From NCBI GenBank assembly GCA_964439215.1, contig CAYTNY010000002.1, positions 1 to 56,533 on the forward strand: a DNA stretch of 56,533 bases, written 5' to 3'. The first letter of the stretch is position 1, and every line of letters starts with the position of its first letter. Made by a program: the position numbers and the translations under genes. The stretch is from an uncultured Spirochaetia bacterium. Lineage in GTDB: Bacteria; Oederibacteriota; PGYV01; CAYTNY01. Under the pieces are notes generated by a model. That model had not been told where the DNA came from, did not search any database, and worked only from the letters and a program-made list of their open reading frames with translations. Positions 9,605 through 19,044 of this stretch are shown piece after piece.

Positions 9605-10690
9605 TTATCCGTAAATAATTTTACCGTTTATTATTATATCATCTTTTGTGATTTTAATTTCCCTGTTTTCAAGTTTTACCGTCCGGTCAAGACTCAACAG
9701 CCCTCTGCCGCGGTAACAGGGGATCCCGTCTTCTCCTATTAATTTATTTGAAATATGAACATTCATTTCATCCGCCAGCCTTTTATTTATAAAAAAAGTG
9801 AAAACGATTCCTCCTCCTTCCACAAGAATACTGCGCACTCCCGCCCGGTAAAGTTCCTTAAGTATTTTCTTTTCATCCAGAAAAACCGGATCCCCTTTCT
9901 GAAAAATCACATTAACCCCTTTTGCTTTCAGCCTTGCGGCTTTCGCCCTTTTCATTGTTTTTGTAAATATATATATATCCGAAAAACCGCGGTTCTCAAA
10001 AATATGCCCTTTCTCCGGCATCCGCCCCGCAGAATCCAGAATAACTTTCTTTATTCCTTTTTTGTTTTCCGCATCAAGACGCGGATCATCGGCAAGAACC
10101 GTATTTATGCCGACAAGCACAGCATCCGAAATATTTCTCAGGCGCCTGCCTTCCGTCCGGGCGGCTTTTGAGGTTATCCATTTGGCTTCCCCGCTCTTAA
10201 GAGCGATTCTGCCGTCAAGCGATATTGCGGTTTTAAGTCTGACATAAGGCAGATTCATCTTCATATTTTTTATAAATACTTTATTCAGTTCCTTTGCCTC
10301 TTTTTTCATAATACCGTTTTTTACCGTTATGCCCGCTTTTTTCAGTTTCAGGAACCCTCTGCCCGAAACAGCAGGATTCGGATCCTTCATGGCGCAGTAA
10401 ACCTTTTTTATACCGGCTTTTATTACAGCATCCGTACAGGGCGGAGTTTTTCCGTAATGGCTGCATGGTTCCAGATTAAGATATAAGGAAGCCCCCTTTG
10501 CTTTGTTCCCCGCTTTTTTCAGGGCCTCTATTTCAGCATGCGGTTTTCCCGCCTTTTTATGATACCCCTCAGATATTATGACTTTATTCTTAACCACAAC
10601 ACATCCCACCATTGGATTGGGAGATGTTTTTCCTTCCGCAAGCCCTGCAATCTCTAAAGCCCTTTTCATATACAGTTCGTCATTTTTCAT
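9605..10690 (-). CDS. ribD: Bifunctional diaminohydroxyphosphoribosylaminopyrimidine deaminase / reductase
   Basis: TSPNPMVG, HAE, LEPCSHYGKTPPC, SLDG, WIT, ILVEGG. ATG 10690 preferred over the track's TTG at 10711. Confidence 0.97.
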   Translation of the reverse strand: MKNDELYMKRALEIAGLAEGKTSPNPMVGCVVVKNKVIISEGYHKKAGKPHAEIEALKKAGNKAKGASLYLNLEPCSHYGKTPPCTDAVIKAGIKKVYCAMKDPNPAVSGRGFLKLKKAGITVKNGIMKKEAKELNKVFIKNMKMNLPYVRLKTAISLDGRIALKSGEAKWITSKAARTEGRRLRNISDAVLVGINTVLADDPRLDAENKKGIKKVILDSAGRMPEKGHIFENRGFSDIYIFTKTMKRAKAARLKAKGVNVIFQKGDPVFLDEKKILKELYRAGVRSILVEGGGIVFTFFINKRLADEMNVHISNKLIGEDGIPCYRGRGLLSLDRTVKLENREIKITKDDIIINGKIIYG

Positions 10691-10697
10691 AATTGTT

Positions 10698-10725
10698 ATT
10701 ATACCCTTCAATATATGAAAAACAA
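10698..10725 (-). promoter_or_regulatory. Putative sigma70 promoter giving a leaderless ribD transcript
   Basis: TTGTTT (10725-10720), 16 nt, TATAAT (10703-10698), then 7 nt to ATG 10690; no Shine-Dalgarno in between. Confidence 0.45.
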
Positions 10726-10748
10726 GTTTTTTATGCGTTTAATGATAA

Positions 10749-11088
10749 TGCTCAGGTGATTGGATTTACTGTCCCGCCCGCTGCGCAGTCCGGCTCGTTC
10801 GCCGGCGCTCACTCGCTTCAAATCCCATTGTGCATACAACAGAATTTTTCATCCATTCAGTAATCCTGCAATCAGAACTTGTTTTGGTGCGGATGGTGGG
10901 ATTTACTGCTCCGCGGCTTTGCCGCTCGCTCCGCAGTCCGGCTCGTTCGCTGGCGCTTTGCATTATAATGCCGGCTGGCATTTGCAAAGCTTTTCCTCCT
11001 ATTCGTCGGCGCTCACTCGCTTCAAATCCCATTGTGCATACAACAGAATTCTTCATCCATTCAGTAATCCTGCAATCAGAACTTATTT
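10749..11088 (-). repeat. tRNA-linked tandem repeats (one 204-bp unit plus a 136-bp deleted unit), each ending in a copy of the tRNA 3' end
   Basis: 10801-10904 vs 11005-11108: 104 bp with 3 mismatches, offset 204. Includes an exact 20-mer AAATCCCACCATCCGCACCA (10904-10885). A degenerate third end, AAATCCAATCACCTGAGCA, lies at 10767-10749. Confidence 0.9.
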
Positions 11089-11174
11089 TGGTGCGGATGG
11101 TGGGATTTGAACCCACACACCCTTGCGGGTACTAGTCCCTGAAACTAGCGCGTCTGCCATTCCGCCACATCCGC
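11089..11174 (-). tRNA. tRNA-Leu (anticodon CAG), 86 nt, CCA encoded
   Basis: GCGGATGTGGCGGAATGGCAGACGCGCTAGT-TTCAGGG-ACTAGTACCCGCAAGGGTGTGTGGGTTCAAATCCCACCATCCGCACCA: D-arm, anticodon arm, long variable arm and T-loop are all intact. Confidence 0.97.
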
Positions 11175-11283
11175 ATTTAACAAGTAATAATTTTACACCA
11201 TATAAATTTAAAATCAATAAAATTCTGCCGGGCTGCCTGTTAAAGCACCAAAAAACTTTTTATGTTTAAAACCTCTTCATTTA

Positions 11284-11919
11284 TTATTTCAGTATCCTCG
11301 CAAAAACCGGCCTGCCGTATCTTTCTATGTTTCTCCTGTAAAGTTCATCCCTGTGAGTTCTGAGCGTTACAATTCTTTTTCCCGCAGATTCTATAACCGT
11401 AAAGCCATCCTCATCCACGGTATCAACAAGAGCAATATGCCCCGTTCCAAAAATAACAATATCAGCCGGCCGCAGTTTTTTCTCATCATAAAAAATAAAT
11501 CCCTTCGCTCTGCAATAAGCTCTGAAATTCCTGACCCTGCGGGCAAAATTCCGGTCCCATGGATTGTTCCAGGAACGGTTTGAAAAATACCGCGGTGTAT
11601 CCCAATAAACAGACCGAAGTTCCTTTTCAAAACAGATGCCCGCTTTTTTATAAGCCATATTAACCACATCAATACATACTATCCCCCCGAATTTCTTTCC
11701 CAGATTATTTTTGCGCCCCATAAGCTGATCATAGGGCCTGCCTATAAGACTGCGGGCATTTGAAACCACTGTTTTTGCGTCAGCTTTTAATTCAGGCGGC
11801 GGAGCCTCCCGCTCCTGTTCCTCAATAAGATAAAAATAATGCAGCGAAACCGGAACAGGCGCGAAAAACACCGCCGCAAAAAACAATATCACAAAAAACG
11901 ATTTTGTTTTTTTCATCAC
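11284..11919 (-). CDS. Membrane-anchored NlpC/P60-like protein (DUF1287-like), putative cell-wall cysteine hydrolase
   Basis: N-terminal hydrophobic segment; ARSLIGRPY...VCIDVV (Cys), ARRVRNF, PADIVIF...GHIALV (His). Confidence 0.65.
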   Translation of the reverse strand: MMKKTKSFFVILFFAAVFFAPVPVSLHYFYLIEEQEREAPPPELKADAKTVVSNARSLIGRPYDQLMGRKNNLGKKFGGIVCIDVVNMAYKKAGICFEKELRSVYWDTPRYFSNRSWNNPWDRNFARRVRNFRAYCRAKGFIFYDEKKLRPADIVIFGTGHIALVDTVDEDGFTVIESAGKRIVTLRTHRDELYRRNIERYGRPVFARILK

Positions 11920-11986
11920 ATCCGCTCACAGCCTCTCTTTTAAAATCATTACGCTCCGCATTGCATGCCGGTTTCAAAAAAAATAT

Positions 11987-12181
11987 TTATTTATTGCATT
12001 CAATAAATTTTTTTATTGACCTGTCATACGTTTTTTCAACATTATCGGGAAAGAAACACGCGGGAAGTTCACCGGCCCGCCGGTGATAATGAATACATTC
12101 ACAGCATTTGCCTTTGCGTACACACGAACTATAGCTGCAATTGCAGTTTTTCATGTTTTTCTCAAAGTTTTCACACGACAT
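11987..12181 (-). CDS. Small Cys-rich protein, DUF6485-like
   Basis: [43 protein letters not shown]; RBS AGGAGGCGG. Confidence 0.75.
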   Translation of the reverse strand: MSCENFEKNMKNCNCSYSSCVRKGKCCECIHYHRRAGELPACFFPDNVEKTYDRSIKKFIECNK

Positions 12182-12197
12182 GCTCCGCCTCCTAAAG

Positions 12198-12629
12198 TTA
12201 TTTCAAAAGAATAACGCCGCTTATAACAAGCAGCACACCTATAACCTTTTGAACTGTTACGGCTTCGCCAAGCAAAAGAACTCCCAGCACAAATGTTACC
12301 AGCGGGAACGCTCCCGCCACAGGCGCCGCAACAGAGGCATGGCCCGACTGAAGCGCGTTATAAAAAAAGATCTGTCCTACAACACTCGCAATTATTCCTG
12401 CCGCAATAAGTATCAGGCCGGTTTTATAAGTTATGTTCTTAAAATAAACAGCTGTATTTTCATTGCTCATTAAAAAAGCAAAAAGAACAAGCCCGCCAAG
12501 AGCGGATCCTATAGTTCTGTAAACGACACCTGCCGCGGGATAAATTTTTGAATCCAGCGCGATCTTTTCGATTATGGGCACGATCCCCCAGAAAAACGCT
12601 GTTATAACTGCCAGAAAAAAAGCTTTCAT
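12198..12629 (-). CDS. Half-size EamA/DMT family transporter
   Basis: Five hydrophobic helices; AFFWG...[19 protein letters not shown]...LLLGEAVT. Confidence 0.85.
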   Translation of the reverse strand: MKAFFLAVITAFFWGIVPIIEKIALDSKIYPAAGVVYRTIGSALGGLVLFAFLMSNENTAVYFKNITYKTGLILIAAGIIASVVGQIFFYNALQSGHASVAAPVAGAFPLVTFVLGVLLLGEAVTVQKVIGVLLVISGVILLK

Positions 12630-12823
12630 TTTTTCACGCCTTTCCTTTTTTTATAATATCCGGCCCGTTCATAAGCTCCAGGCTTCATGGGTGCTTTTAC
12701 AAATCTTTTATCTGCCGGTATTTTTTTAAAAACTCTGCCGGAATTTCCTTTCTCCGAAAATCCGCGCCGCTCGGCCGGCTGCCGCGGGAACGCAAATGCC
12801 GGCCAAACACACGGAAACGCCTG

Positions 12824-13384
12824 CTATCGTTTTAATATTTTTGCGTTCGTTATCTTTTTCTGCGCCTGATACTTTCCTTTTTTATCTTTATAACTGACCC
12901 TGCATACCTCGGCGCTCTTTAAGAAAACAACCTGGGCTATCCCTTCCCCCGCATAAAGTTTCGCGGGAAGAGGCGTAAGGTTTGCTATGGAAATAGTAAC
13001 ATACCCTTCCCATTCCGGTTCAAAAGGAGTTACGTTTACTATTATACCGCTTCTGGCATATGTTGATTTCCCAAAAGTTATGGTTAAAATATCTCTGGGG
13101 ATTTTAAAATATTCCAGGCTTCTTGCAAGAACATAGGAATTCGGCGGTATAACGCACACTTTCCCTTTAAAATCCAGGAATTGTTTTTTTTCAAATTTTT
13201 TCGGATCCACCACAGTTCCGGAATTCGGATTAAATATTCTGAATTCATCCGAAATCCTCATATCATATCCATAAGCGGATACACCATAGGATATTTTTCC
13301 TTTTGAAACCTGTCTTCCCGCGAAAGGTTTTATCATTCCTTTTTTTGCGGTTTTTATTATCCAGCTGTCGCTCATTACGCTCAT
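12824..13384 (-). CDS. dcd: dCTP deaminase
   Basis: [43 protein letters not shown]. Start moved to ATG 13384, which has a GGAGGA RBS. Confidence 0.96.
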   Translation of the reverse strand: MSVMSDSWIIKTAKKGMIKPFAGRQVSKGKISYGVSAYGYDMRISDEFRIFNPNSGTVVDPKKFEKKQFLDFKGKVCVIPPNSYVLARSLEYFKIPRDILTITFGKSTYARSGIIVNVTPFEPEWEGYVTISIANLTPLPAKLYAGEGIAQVVFLKSAEVCRVSYKDKKGKYQAQKKITNAKILKR

Positions 13385-13601
13385 ATCAAAATCCTCCCTG
13401 CATTTCTTGAAATATATTAATAAAAAGTATACCATACCTCAGCTTAATGTATAATACAGAATTTTAAATAGATACTGTACAATATCCGGTGGACTTTTCA
13501 AAAAAGGGTCGCCCCGGATTATTTAAGGTTTTTTTCAGACAGTATAACAAAAAGTTTTGGGTTTTCGCCGGTGAATTTCAGAAATTGTTTTTGGGCGGCA
13601 A

Positions 13602-13676
13602 ATTGCGGGTTTTATCGCAGCGCCTGATAGAATCGCAGTCATTTCTTTTTGCGCATACCGGAGCACTTAATTCATA
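13602..13676. repeat. Dispersed intergenic repeat, copy A (copy B at 56460-56533)
   Basis: 75-bp alignment with about 10 substitutions and one 1-nt indel; the 31-nt core tttttgcgcataccgga(g/a)cacttaattcata has 1 mismatch. Confidence 0.85.
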
Positions 13677-13830
13677 CTGTTCTTTATGTTTCCCGCAGGA
13701 CGCCATACTCTGCCCTGTTCCGTCAAGGAAGATAAGGTGTATTTTGATATATTCATGAGTGTTTTAGGTGCTGCGATTCATTAGACAAAATAGTAAAAAC
13801 GCAGATAACAATTCCCGGTTTTGTCTTCGC

Positions 13831-13853
13831 TTTGAACTCTTGAACTTTGAACT
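13831..13853. repeat. Short heptamer tandem (TTTGAAC-type)
   Basis: tttgaac-tcttgaac-tttgaac-t; same unit as the array at 49098-49125. Confidence 0.6.
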
Positions 13854-13896
13854 GCCGGAAGCACAAAATCTCCGGGTTTCCGGCATCCCCCCTGCC

Positions 13897-13924
13897 TTGA
13901 CAAATTTTTATAAGATGTTAGATT
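13897..13924 (+). promoter_or_regulatory. Sigma70-like promoter of the ablA operon
   Basis: TTGACA (13897-13902), 16 nt, extended -10 TG-N-TAGATT (13919-13924); AGGAG RBS before ATG 13958. Confidence 0.6.
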
Positions 13925-13957
13925 AAATAAACATAATTAAATCCAAGGAGCATACCA

Positions 13958-15277
13958 ATGAAAGGAAGACAAAAAGAAGTCGCAAACATTTTAAGCAGCG
14001 ATGTTACCGCCGCAAACTGGCGCGACTGGAATTGGCAGTTAAAACATTCCATAAAGGATCTCGAAACACTGGAAAAAATCCTTGATGTAAAACTCCCCGA
14101 AAAAGACCGGGGAAATATAAAAAAAACAATACAAAAGTTCCCGATGTCAGTAACGCCTTATTACGCTTCATTGATAGATACCGAAAACCTTGATACTGAC
14201 CCTGTTTATAAACAGTCCGTGCCAATGCCCAGTGAACTTATATTAAATGTCAATGAAATGGCGGATCCGCTTGCCGAGGACAAAGACAGGCCGGTTGAAC
14301 TGATAACACACAGATATCCGGACAGAGTTCTTTTTCTGGTCAGCAACACCTGCTCAATGTACTGCAGGCACTGCACAAGAAAAAGAAAAGTCGGGGACAG
14401 AGATTACATACCTACAAAAAAAGCACTAAAAGAAGGAATTAATTATATAAAGAAGAATCCCAATATAAGGGATGTTCTGCTGTCCGGCGGCGACCCTTTT
14501 CTGCTGTCTGATGATTACCTTGACTGGCTTTTAAAGGAACTCTCAGCCATAAAACATCTTCAGATAATACGCATAGGCACAAGAACCCCCGTGGTTCTTC
14601 CCTACAGAATAACCGACTCGCTTATAAACATGCTTAAAAAATACGCATCGCGGCCCCTGTGGATAAACACGCATTTCAATCATCCGCGCGAAATAACCAC
14701 TTCGGCCCGTGAAGCGCTTGCAAAACTCGCGGACGCCGGTTTTCCTCTCGGCAACCAGACCGTCCTGCTGGCCGGAATCAATGACTGCCCGCGTATAATG
14801 AAAACCCTTGTACATAAACTCACCGCAAACAGGGTAAGGCCCTATTATCTTTACCAGTGCGACCTCTCGGAAGGACTTGCGCATTTCAGGACACCGGTGG
14901 GAAAAGGCATAGAAATAATAGAAAGCCTCATCGGACATACAAGCGGGCTGGCCGTACCCACGTATGTAATAGACGCGCCGGGCGGCGGCGGAAAAATACC
15001 TATTATGCCGAATTATCTTATTTCCTGGTCAACAAACAAAGTAATACTCCGCAACTATGAAGGAGTCATAACTACATACAAAGAGCCTGATTCCTATGAA
15101 CCTATTTTCTGCGACAGAAAATGCGGCGACTGTAAACTGCAGCTGAAACTTGAAGGGGCCGATGAAATGCGCTCCTACGGAATAGCAAGACTTCTCGCGG
15201 ATTACGATGATACGATTTCACTCACCCCCGAAAAAAACGAGAGAGCATCAAGGAGGAAAAAAAATGCACCCGATTGA
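13958..15277 (+). CDS. ablA: Lysine 2,3-aminomutase (radical SAM, PLP), KamA/AblA
   Basis: [11 protein letters not shown] motif, [35 protein letters not shown] (PLP Lys), C-terminal Cys cluster CDRKCGDC; ablB lies two genes downstream. Confidence 0.95.
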   Translation: MKGRQKEVANILSSDVTAANWRDWNWQLKHSIKDLETLEKILDVKLPEKDRGNIKKTIQKFPMSVTPYYASLIDTENLDTDPVYKQSVPMPSELILNVNEMADPLAEDKDRPVELITHRYPDRVLFLVSNTCSMYCRHCTRKRKVGDRDYIPTKKALKEGINYIKKNPNIRDVLLSGGDPFLLSDDYLDWLLKELSAIKHLQIIRIGTRTPVVLPYRITDSLINMLKKYASRPLWINTHFNHPREITTSAREALAKLADAGFPLGNQTVLLAGINDCPRIMKTLVHKLTANRVRPYYLYQCDLSEGLAHFRTPVGKGIEIIESLIGHTSGLAVPTYVIDAPGGGGKIPIMPNYLISWSTNKVILRNYEGVITTYKEPDSYEPIFCDRKCGDCKLQLKLEGADEMRSYGIARLLADYDDTISLTPEKNERASRRKKNAPD

Positions 15278-16712
15278 TTATATTATTTTTGGTATTTATA
15301 TGGCAGGAGTTATGGGGGTCGGACTTTATCACTTCAAGAAAAACAAAAACAACGAGGACTATTATGTAGGGTCAAGGTCCATGAAAGCATCCCACGTCGG
15401 ACTTTCAATCGCCGCTACGGATGTAGGCGGCGGATTTTCAATAGGCCTGGGCGGCCTAGGTTTTTTAATGGGCCTTTCGGGAACCTGGCTCCTTTTTACC
15501 GGATTGGTAGGCGCATGGCTGGCTGCGGTTCTTATAATACCCCGTATAAAAAAAATAGATGCCGATATGTTTACCTATCCTGATTTTCTAAGAACAAAAT
15601 TTGACGAAAAAACAGCATTGCTGGCAGCACTCATATCCGGAATCGGTTATCTCGGATTTACAGGCGCTCAGGTTTTAGCCGGCGCGAAACTGGCTTCCGC
15701 AACCATACTGACATCAGCTCCCTGGGATATTTCTCCCCTTATTTTTTCGGTTATTGTAATTGCTGTAATAACAATATTATATACGGTGGTCGGAGGAATA
15801 AAAGCCGTTATTTACACCGATACCATTCAGTGGATAATACTTATCTTCGGCCTTCTTTTCATTGCTGTCCCCGCGGCTGTAATTAAAATAGGCGGTTTTG
15901 CGGTTCTTGCCGAAGCGCTGCCCGCTGAATTCTTCACGCTTTCAAACATAAAACCCGTTACGTTCATAAACTGGATGATAACCATAATACCCATCTGGTT
16001 TGTTGCCATGACGCTTTACCAGAGAATGTTTGCCTGCAAGACCAAAAAAGAAGCGCAGAAAGCCTGGTTTATTGCGGGCCTTTTTGAATATCCGGTAATG
16101 GCCTTCACGGGTGTTTTTCTGGGCATGTGCGCCAGAGTGCTTTTTCCCGGAGTTGAGTCGGAAATGGGGCTCCCCATGGTAATAAAAACCGTTCTTCCGC
16201 TTGGCATTGCGGGTCTTGTTGTTGCGGCCTACTTTTCCGCGATAATGTCAACCGCTGACAGCTGCCTAATGGCGTCTTCCGGCAATTTTGTAAATGATAT
16301 AATTCAAAAACATATTTTAAATAAAAACCATCCGGAAAAAACACTTATACAGCTTTCTCAGATCTTTACTTTTTTAATAGGAGCCGCGGCGATAATAATC
16401 GCGATAAGTTTTGAAACCGTATTAAGCGCAATACTTTATGCTTACGCATTTATGGTTTCAGGACTTTTCATTCCCACCCTCGGCGCCCTTTTCTGGAAAA
16501 GATCAAGCTCTGCGGGGGCTTTTTCAGGAATGCTCAGCGGCGGGCTTTTTACTATACTTGCTCAGGCCGGCGCGCTGAAACTTCCGCTTTTTATACAGGA
16601 AACCGGACTTGATGCTACGCTTTTCGGCATACTGATCTCAGCCCTGTTCTTCATAACATTCTCACTTATAATGCCCGGCAATACCGCCGGAAAGGAGAAA
16701 ACAAATGGATAA
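15264..16712 (+). CDS. Sodium:solute symporter (SSS/PutP-like) family protein
   Basis: About 13 hydrophobic helices; [42 protein letters not shown]. Start moved to ATG 15264 (AGGAGG RBS), overlapping the ablA end. Confidence 0.95.
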   Translation: MHPIDYIIFGIYMAGVMGVGLYHFKKNKNNEDYYVGSRSMKASHVGLSIAATDVGGGFSIGLGGLGFLMGLSGTWLLFTGLVGAWLAAVLIIPRIKKIDADMFTYPDFLRTKFDEKTALLAALISGIGYLGFTGAQVLAGAKLASATILTSAPWDISPLIFSVIVIAVITILYTVVGGIKAVIYTDTIQWIILIFGLLFIAVPAAVIKIGGFAVLAEALPAEFFTLSNIKPVTFINWMITIIPIWFVAMTLYQRMFACKTKKEAQKAWFIAGLFEYPVMAFTGVFLGMCARVLFPGVESEMGLPMVIKTVLPLGIAGLVVAAYFSAIMSTADSCLMASSGNFVNDIIQKHILNKNHPEKTLIQLSQIFTFLIGAAAIIIAISFETVLSAILYAYAFMVSGLFIPTLGALFWKRSSSAGAFSGMLSGGLFTILAQAGALKLPLFIQETGLDATLFGILISALFFITFSLIMPGNTAGKEKTNG

Positions 16713-17532
16713 AATAGAAACCCTCGGAAGCTCAACAATCCAGCACGGCCCTGACAGCAGCAGAATATATCTTATGAAACTCTCGCGCATTGACATGCCC
16801 GGTATACTAAGGGATCTTAACAGCGTTGCGTTTGAAAACAAATACACAAAAATCTTCGCAAAAATACCTTCTATGTATGAAGCTTTCTTTCTTGACGACG
16901 GATATGTAAAAGAAGCGGGGATAAAAGGCTTTTACAACGATCTCACGGACGTTTCTTTTGTCTCGAAATTCCTTTCCGACCAAAGACAGGACAACAGGGA
17001 CCGCGCCGAAACAGAAAAAAACCTTGAAATAGCTTTAAAAAAAGAAGTTTCTTCGGATTTAATTCCTCTTGAAAACTATACCATATCAAGAGCCGCACCC
17101 GAAGACTGCGCGGAAATCGCGGATGTTTTCAGACAGGTTTTTGAGACATATCCGTTCCCCATACACGATGAAAACTACATAAAACAGACGATGAAAGAAA
17201 ATATTGTGTATTTCAAAGCAGTCAACAATAAAAAAATAGCCGCGGTTTCTTCCGCGGAAACCTATTCAAGCTGGCAGGCGGTTGAAATGACTGATTTCGC
17301 CACTCTGCCCGATCATCTCGGCAAAGGCCTTGCATTTGCGCTGCTGAAAACAATGGAAGAAGAAATGAAGCAGGAAAATTATAAAACCTCTTATACTATC
17401 GCACGCTCTCTTTCTCCGGGAATGAACATTACTTTTGCCAAAGCAGGCTATAAATTCTGCGGAACTCTTATAAACAACACAAACATTTCAGGAAGCATCC
17501 AGAATATGAATGTCTGGAGCCGGAAACTTTAA
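16705..17532 (+). CDS. ablB: Putative beta-lysine N6-acetyltransferase (GNAT)
   Basis: [45 protein letters not shown]...[31 protein letters not shown]; overlaps the SSS stop. Confidence 0.92.
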   Translation: MDKIETLGSSTIQHGPDSSRIYLMKLSRIDMPGILRDLNSVAFENKYTKIFAKIPSMYEAFFLDDGYVKEAGIKGFYNDLTDVSFVSKFLSDQRQDNRDRAETEKNLEIALKKEVSSDLIPLENYTISRAAPEDCAEIADVFRQVFETYPFPIHDENYIKQTMKENIVYFKAVNNKKIAAVSSAETYSSWQAVEMTDFATLPDHLGKGLAFALLKTMEEEMKQENYKTSYTIARSLSPGMNITFAKAGYKFCGTLINNTNISGSIQNMNVWSRKL

Positions 17533-17550
17533 ACCATTTTCTCCGGAGGC

Positions 17551-18225
17551 ATGATGGAACAATTCTACCTGACGGAAATTTTATCCATTGAATTGGAATT
17601 AAACAACCGTGAAAAAGAGCTGCTGAATAGCCTGCTTGAGCTTAACTTCGGAAACAGTGCGCCCGGAGAAAATGACCCGGATTCTTTTAAAAAAGACTTT
17701 ACCGGACTTTTCGGCAATGTAAAATACGAAGCTTTCAGACGGTGGTATGACAGCAAAGGCATAATATACTCCCGGCCCGAAAAAAAATGGCTGGTAAACG
17801 ATTATAATCACGAAATTGCCTTTACAGATCATATGAAAGAATTGATAAAAAAGATCACAAAGAAAAAACTCACATCCGGTGCGCCTTACCTTGCTTACAA
17901 AAACGCGGCAGAAAAAAAACTTTTCCCCCTGTTCGCAAATAAAAAAAACAGCGGCTCCAAATACACCAAAACACTTGCGGTTTTATGCCGCTGCCGGGTG
18001 AATTCTTCAAAAATAGAAAACCAGATATTTTACATTGCCGACGCGCCGCAGTCTTTAAAAAACAGATATCAGCAGGAATTCAGGCTTTTCTTTGCCGAAA
18101 AAAAATCCGCTTATAAAAAAAACCACGACCGCACCAAGTCCAAACTGAAAAACATACTAACCCCTGAACAGCAGATTTTATTTTCCCGTCTTTTTGGCTG
18201 GGACCTGCATTCGTTTCAACGTTGA
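17551..18225 (+). CDS. Hypothetical protein (helical, Lys-rich; LTPEQ near the C-terminus)
   Basis: 224-aa ORF with GGAGG RBS 18 bp after ablB; no family recognised. Confidence 0.6.
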   Translation: MMEQFYLTEILSIELELNNREKELLNSLLELNFGNSAPGENDPDSFKKDFTGLFGNVKYEAFRRWYDSKGIIYSRPEKKWLVNDYNHEIAFTDHMKELIKKITKKKLTSGAPYLAYKNAAEKKLFPLFANKKNSGSKYTKTLAVLCRCRVNSSKIENQIFYIADAPQSLKNRYQQEFRLFFAEKKSAYKKNHDRTKSKLKNILTPEQQILFSRLFGWDLHSFQR

Positions 18226-18234
18226 AACAAATGC

Positions 18235-18262
18235 TTGACTTTTGATTTTCATGCGTTACAAT
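18235..18262 (+). promoter_or_regulatory. Putative sigma70 promoter of the SDR gene
   Basis: TTGACT (18235-18240), 16 nt, TACAAT (18257-18262). Confidence 0.45.
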
Positions 18263-18296
18263 ACTTCCCGTAATTACAAAAAAATGAGGTGCTGGC

Positions 18297-19013
18297 ATGA
18301 CAATGAAAGAAAAGATTGTTTTAATCACAGGTGCAAATAAGGGCATTGGCCTGGGCATGGCTGAAAAACTCGGCAAAATGGGAGCGCATATCATTATGGT
18401 ATGCAGAAACGAAGAAAAAGGCAAAAAAGCCCTTGAACATATCAAAAAAGAGAATATAAACGCATCTCTTTACATTGCGGATATAGGATCAACAGACTCA
18501 ATAGAAAAACTTCATGATGAAGTTTCAAAAGATTATGACAAAATAGACGTTCTTGTGAACAATGCGGGTGTAAGCCTCGGCGAAGGCCCGGCTACAACAG
18601 AAACAACGGATCTTGAAAAACTCAGAAAAACAATGGACATAAATTTCATCGGAACATTCTGGATGTGTAAAAAGTTCACGCATATGGTGAAAAAATCAGA
18701 CTCCGGCAGAATTATAAATTTCTCCTCCGGCCTGGGCCAGTTAACGGTTCCGAGAATGGGCGGCATGCCCGCATACAGCAGTTCCAAAACCGCGGTTAAC
18801 GCAATAACAAAAATACTTGCGGATGAATTAAAAGACACACCGGTTATAGTTGCATCTGTTGATCCGGGCTGGGTAAGAACAGACCTTGGAAGCGACGCCG
18901 CTCCTCTTTCCATAGAGGAAGGCATTGATACCCCGGTATGGCTGGCATCAGCCGATGCATCAGAAATAACAACCGGTGAAATGTACAAAGAAAGAAAGAT
19001 AATCGGCTGGTAA
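18297..19013 (+). CDS. Short-chain dehydrogenase/reductase (carbonyl reductase-like)
   Basis: TGANKGIG, DVLVNNAG, YSSSK catalytic YxxxK, VDPGWVRTDLG. Confidence 0.95.
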   Translation: MTMKEKIVLITGANKGIGLGMAEKLGKMGAHIIMVCRNEEKGKKALEHIKKENINASLYIADIGSTDSIEKLHDEVSKDYDKIDVLVNNAGVSLGEGPATTETTDLEKLRKTMDINFIGTFWMCKKFTHMVKKSDSGRIINFSSGLGQLTVPRMGGMPAYSSSKTAVNAITKILADELKDTPVIVASVDPGWVRTDLGSDAAPLSIEEGIDTPVWLASADASEITTGEMYKERKIIGW

Positions 19014-19044
19014 GAACCGCCGGCTTGTCAGGAACACAGGATCT

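Noticed and set aside
10885-11108. Duplicated tRNA 3' end as attL/attR of a prophage or island
   Set aside because: Only 204 bp separate the copies, the duplication extends beyond the tRNA end, and no integrase is present in the window.
10749-11108. Possible CRISPR array
   Set aside because: The units are 136-204 bp with conserved rather than unique spacers, and there are no cas genes.
10760-11135. Three overlapping 100-116-aa ORFs with internal repeats
   Set aside because: They are translations of the tRNA and its tandem repeats, with no RBS or protein-like features.
12730-12820. GC-rich patch between dcd and EamA, vaguely like the tRNA-repeat insert
   Set aside because: The similarity is too short and degenerate to support homology. 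It may be a simple terminator-like hairpin.
13489-13758. 89-aa plus-strand ORF upstream of ablA
   Set aside because: It overlaps the dispersed repeat, whose second copy has a frameshifting indel, and it has no convincing RBS.
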